Origin: the human T2T-CHM13v2.0 reference genome, Homo sapiens
Length of the DNA stretch: 64,000 nt
Assembly: GCF_009914755.1 (NCBI RefSeq)
Contig: NC_060945.1
Reading direction: 5' to 3' (one strand)
This document shows, in pieces, positions 57,322 to 64,000 of the stretch. Both the position numbers and the translations under genes were made by a program. The stretch's first letter is position 1; every line of letters starts with the position of its first letter. The notes beneath the pieces were generated by a model. The model was not told the origin of the DNA and ran no database searches. It was given only the letters and a program-made list of their open reading frames with translations.

Positions 57322-57547
57322 ACCAACAGCAAACGAAAAGGAGAAACACCAACACCAAACGAAAAGAAGGAGAAACACCAACACCAAACGAAAAGAAGGA
57401 GAAACACCAACAGCAAACAAAAAGGAGAAACACCAACACCAAACGAAAAGAAGGAGAAACACCAACACCAAACGAAAAGAAGGAGAAACACCAACACCAA
57501 ACGAAAAGAAGGAGAAACACCAACACCAAACGAAAAGAAGGAGAAAC
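57322..57547. repeat. VNTR, 29/26-bp units x 8
   Basis: ACCAACACCAAACGAAAAGAAGGAGAAAC x6 identical, plus two 26-bp variants. Confidence 0.97.
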
Positions 57548-57632
57548 AGAGCCAGCACAAGGCGGGACCAACCCTGGGCGTGTTCAACAGAGCCCTGCAG
57601 CTCTATAATGTTTTAGTTATTAAAGTGAATGT

Positions 57633-57954
<322 letters not shown>

Positions 57955-58366
57955 TTAATGTAAGAATAAGGGGAACTTTGAAAAAGCAGTTTTCTTATCA
58001 TTTAAGGCTTATTGGTGTAACTACATCTCCTTAAACCATTAAAACCATAATCAATGATTTAGGGTGAGTGATTCTTCCAAACACCTTAAACTTCTTGAAA
58101 GCAAACAAAACACACAAACATATAAACTGGGTTCCACACAATCAGGGTTTGCGTCATCTATTTGTTTCTCTGCTTGTGTAAACCACCCTAGCTTATAACA
58201 CTGCCTGTTTTGAAGACTTCTTGGAGTTTAAGTAATATTACGTTCATACTTTGCTGGGGTTACAGAAGACCTTTGTGACCCAAAGGAAAAATGTTACCTT
58301 TTCAGCCTAATGGTGATTATGGGATGAATAATCCACCTATTGGCTGATTTTTAACTTAAAAAAATG

Positions 58367-58648
58367 TTTTCGAGACAGGCTCTCACTCTGTCACCCAGGC
58401 TGGAGCGCAGTGGCACCATCCTGGCTCACTGCAACTTCAAACTCCTGGACTCAAGCAGTCTTCCCACCTCAGCCTCTTGAGTAGCTGAAACTGCAGGCAT
58501 GTGCTACCACACCTGGCCAATTTTTTCTTCATAGAGATAGGGTCTTGCTCTATTGCCCAGGCTGGTCGCAAACTCCTGGCCTCCAGTGATCCTCCCATCT
58601 CAGTCTCTCAAAGTGCTGGATTACAGGCATGAGCCACAGGGCCCGGCC
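58367..58648 (-). mobile_element. Alu (AluJ-like)
   Basis: Diverged reverse-complement dimer. Confidence 0.9.
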
Positions 58649-58649
58649 A

Positions 58650-59930
<1,281 letters not shown>

Positions 59931-61191
59931 TATTAATCACCTTTTAAAAAATACCCATGACGGCAAGCAGCGGTGCAGGCCATGCAGCATAAGGCAAGGT
60001 GGCCTGGGTGTGCAGAGGCCACAGCCACGGAGGGAGTCCAGGGAGGAAACCGCGCCATGGAGACCTCAATGAAGCCAGGGCCTGAGCCTGGCAGGAAAGG
60101 GGACGTCACGTACCAAGGTCCCGAGGCAGGGGGGACCTGAAGATGGACGTGTGGTACAGGTTACCTGGCACAGCAAGGGAGGTGGCTGGAGCCTGAGGGA
60201 CGGCCACACGGGCAGAGAAGACACTCGGGGCTCTCGTCTCGGCTCCCATTCTGCCTGCGCTGGAGCTGCAGCTGCTGCCCGGGGCACGGAGAATTCGAGG
60301 GAGAGGCTTTCCAGGCAAGTCCAGGGGAGTGAGAGACACAGAAGTTAAGGGTCCCTTGAATGGTGATTAACATGACAGCCATGCAACCTGAACAGAGAAG
60401 AGGGAAGGGAGGGCCAGGGCAACAGCACCCCAGGGCCATGGGAAGCCAGCAGGCGTTGTGGCTGAGCTGGGGAGAACAAACACCGTGAAGGGGCCACTGA
60501 GGGGCCCAGCCAAGGCAGCCAGGCTGGCTGGACAGTTCGGGAGGGCCTCATGGGCAGCTCTGAGGCAGGGGCGATGCGTGGCGGCAGCTTCACGGTCCCT
60601 GAGGGGCAGTGCCATCTCCCCAAGGCTGCGAGCCAGGGCTTCCCTGTGCCCCCCACTGTTGCCCCTTCTATGCCCCTAGCCCTTCTGATGAGTCAGCTGG
60701 TGCCAGGTAGGAGGGGGGATAATTTACAACCAACATTTGCATTTTAACAGGAACGTCCTTGAGACAATTTCCTAAAGCAAAAGAGCGACTGTGGTGTTAT
60801 CAGTAGCCACCATGTAGGCGTCAGCTCCTTAGTCCAACTGCCAGCCCCTGAGCCACTGTTTTCCCCTTTCGTGGAAGAGGAAACTGAGGCTGAAGGTTGA
60901 GCAGCATGCCAAGATTCCACGAGAGGGCAGCCGGAGCCCAGCCACCCTCCTCCAGTGGCTGCCACACCCTGGGGGACCTCACCAATCCCTGCCACTACCC
61001 CTACCCACTGCAGCCTAGCCCTTGGGTGGCAAGAGAGGGCAGGGTCAGCAGCATAGCTGGATAAACCGACCATCAGCAGAGACCCTGGGACCCCTCAGCC
61101 ATCGCCTGAGGGAGGCTCCTCCGGATGGGACCAGCTGGCCTAGTGGCTCTGGCCAGGGCTGCAGGGAACAGGATGCTCCCTCTCAGAAGCC

Positions 61192-61261
61192 GACTCAGCT
61201 CTGCCACGCGGCTCAGCTCTGCCATGTGACTCAGCTCTGCTACGTGGCTCAGCTCTGCCAC
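61192..61261. repeat. 18-bp tandem repeat x ~3.9
   Basis: ctcagctctg at 61194, 61212, 61230 and 61248. Confidence 0.95.
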
Positions 61262-62952
61262 AGGGCACAGGATGGAATGCCCCAAGATGCCGCAATGCTC
61301 CTCCTGGTCCTCCAGTTACGCGGCCTCCCCTTGGATGTTTCTAACAGTATACGTGTGCTTGTTTCTGGGGCTCCCCCGAGTGGGAGCCTGGGAAGGACCA
61401 GCCGTCCACAGGGCCCTCGGTCTCTGCCCCAGCCGGTGGTAAAGTGTGGCTGCGGCTGTGCTACCACCTCCAGGTGAGGGGCCAGCCACAGGTGGTCTTT
61501 TGTGTGATGGGCTGTCTAGGGAGGCCCTGCTGCCCATGGGTGCCATCGATTTGCAGTGCAGGGGCCCATATGACCCTGGAGGAAGGACGTCCTGTGAGCC
61601 TTGAGCCTGTGCAGCAGCCCAGATCAGAACCACACACTGGAAACCCCCTTCAGCTAAGGTGGTCTCTCCCCCAACACAATCCCCCTGACCAAGACTTCCT
61701 GACGTCCTGAGGGTGCGTCTGCCTTCCAAGGCGAACATCTCACACCAACTCTGCAGCCAGCAAGTTTGCGTTAGAAGCTGGAAGCCTGCTGTTGGGGGAG
61801 CAGACCAGGACTCCTCACACCCCAAGAGTGGCTGCTAGACACTCCCTAGCATGCCCCGTGCCTGTCTGACCCCATGAAGCCTGACCCTGATCGCCGAGTG
61901 TGGCTGACTTTCTGAGCCCCTAAGGAAAAACTCCAGAGTGACCCTTAAACTTTGTAAAGGGCAAAGAGGCCTGTGGGCGGAGACGGGGGAGGGGTTTCTG
62001 CTGGGTCCTGCCTGAACAGGTCTGAGGCCAAAGGATCCCTAGGGCCGTCCTGGGTCAGAGTGAGGGGGGGCACACAAGCCCTCAGGACCCACCAGGCGAG
62101 TCCAGGGAAGGCCCATGAAGGTGGCCACCGTGAGCCTTGTGGTCCACAGGGCCAGGCTGGCACATGCTGTGTTCTCACCCAGAAAGGCCGTTCCAGCTCC
62201 TTCTGGACTCCTCCTCCTCCTCCCCAGTGTTCTCTGTCTCTCTGCCCACCCCGCTCTCTGTCTCCCTCACACACAGAGTATAGAATTGTGGGGAGATGAC
62301 TCTGTATTTCCTCATCGTGCATTTATCACAGTGACTCATCCATCTGTGGCTGCTGGGTGACTGGCAGGGTTTGCGTTGAGCTTCCGAGTGAGGTTGATTC
62401 GGAAGAGGAAGGCATGACTGCCTGGCTATTAGCAGAATGTCCGGCGTGGGCAGTGCCACCCAGCTGTCGACACTGACACCCAGGCTACCCTGACAGGTGG
62501 CCACAGGGGGATGTGTGTGTACGCAGAGTTTCTCAGGACTCAACCTTCTTAAAAAGGAGGTTTGCAGTGAAGAGCACAGGGGTACCCATCGGGAGAGGAC
62601 GGAAATGCTTCCATCAACCCACTGGGTTTGGGGAACAAAGCAGAAGTGTGTTAGGGCAGGTGTCAGACCACCTGCGAACCCTGGGCTGCTGGAGGCCTGG
62701 CCTCTTGCACGAGCCTCTATCCACTCAGATTCACGGCAGGATCTGCCCCCGACAAAGGACTTCACCTGGACCGAGCTCCTGGGCCCCAAGCAGCTGACAT
62801 TTGATTCTCGCAACAACTGTGCAGTAAGTGTGGTTACAGCCCCCACTCCGTGCCCAGAAAGTTCCACCATCTGACCAGGCAGGCGCAGAGACCCATGGCG
62901 GGGCAGGGCAGAACCCCCCGCCCGTGAACATCTCCCGCCCCAGCTTCCCTTT

Positions 62953-63022
62953 GCGGGGCGCCGCAGCACTCCTGGGTTCTCCCCCTCCGCGGGGCGCCAC
63001 AGCACTCCTGGGTTCTCCCTCC
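62953..63022. repeat. 36-bp tandem duplication, CpG-rich
   Basis: gcggggcgcc(g/a)cagcactcctgggttctccc twice. Confidence 0.9.
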
Positions 63023-63568
63023 AAAGGGGAAGAATGATGGAGACGGCGAGAATCTGCATGTGCCCGTGGCTGGCAACTGCTTGTGAGAAGGAGACCAAAG
63101 TCATCGGCTCACATCAGGACTTCCACCTGGCCTCTCCCGGAGGCCACCTCGCTTGGACAAACTCAAGTTTCCAACTGAACTAGGAGAAGAGCAGATGCTT
63201 GCTGGAAAGAGGGATCTGTCCCAGGCAGACTGGCCCACATTTCAGTGGCAGGGCAGCAGCCCTTCCTGAGATTCTCTCTGAAATGATTTTTTGACTAGGA
63301 TGTGGAGAAGACACACAGAAAGAGAGGTCTTTCCGAAGCAGTGAAATTTTACAACAATTCAAAGCTGCTACCACTTGCTTTGGCTGGGATCCAGCTACTG
63401 AAATCCAGAGACATCTATGAAAACACCCCTAATGTGAACCTGCTGCCCGAACTCCAGCTCACTCCCTTGTCCTGTGGAGCACGGACTCCCAGGAGTGGTG
63501 CTCTATAGCCCCAGAGAGCACCCAGGCCAGCCAGCTGATTTCACCCATCTCTCTCTCAAACACACGTG

Positions 63569-63599
<31 letters not shown>

Positions 63600-63639
63600 C
63601 ACTCCCCTGCCACACACTATCACTCACACATGCTGACAC

Positions 63640-64000
63640 ACAAAGGCATCCAAATTGGAAAAGAAGTAAAATCCTGTTTGTACACCGAAAACTAAAGATT
63701 ACACACACACACACATCTGCTAAAACTAATAAATGAATTCAGCAAAGTTGCAGCATACAAACTCAACCTGCAAAAATCAAGCTCATTTCTATACGCTAAC
63801 AAATGGCAACCCAAGAACAAATGAAGAAAGCAAGTCCATTTGTAGCATCAAAGTGAATGACACACTTAGAAATTAAACAAGGAGGTGAACGATTTCTACA
63901 ATAAAAACTACAAAATGTTGCTGAAAGACATTAAAAAAGACATTAAAAGACATCCCATGTTCATGAATTGGAAAACCTAATATTGAGATGTTAATACTAC
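63640..64000 (+). mobile_element. Old L1 ORF2 (RT region) remnant running off the window
   Basis: aaaggcatccaaattggaaa...aactaataaatgaattcagcaaagttgcag...gacatcccatgttcatg. Confidence 0.9.

Noticed and set aside
57322-57547. 29-bp repeats of CRISPR-like length
   Set aside because: Units are directly adjacent with no unique spacers, there are no cas genes, and the context is primate.
62175-63104. 309-aa ORF
   Set aside because: No domain; includes a tandem duplication; typical chance ORF.

Overview
Human (primate) genomic DNA, GC-rich and non-protein-coding. It is dominated by Alu, old L1, MaLR/ERV LTR and MIR relics, several VNTRs, CA/TG low-complexity tracts and CpG-rich regulatory patches. 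From memory only, not verified, the segments at ~12057-12257 and ~23660-24600 match chr21q22.3 between SIK1 and HSF2BP, at the lncRNA genes LINC00319 (C21orf125, +) and LINC00313 (C21orf84, -). Well-formed splice signals on the expected strands are consistent with that. No ORF in the track looks like a real protein. There is no CRISPR array, tRNA or rRNA, and no evidence for a new multi-gene system. The most interesting observations are mutational and regulatory: (1) a 99-bp segment duplicated over 3.8 kb into the 3' end of an Alu, with microhomology; (2) a 155-bp dispersed duplication that captures an LTR insertion junction; (3) a VNTR whose unit straddles an LTR terminus; (4) a microsatellite born inside an Alu target-site duplication (TSD); (5) strong AT->GC drift of old repeats; (6) candidate CREB/TEAD/GATA/ETS/CTCF elements. 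Repeat subfamily names are by eye and boundaries are approximate.
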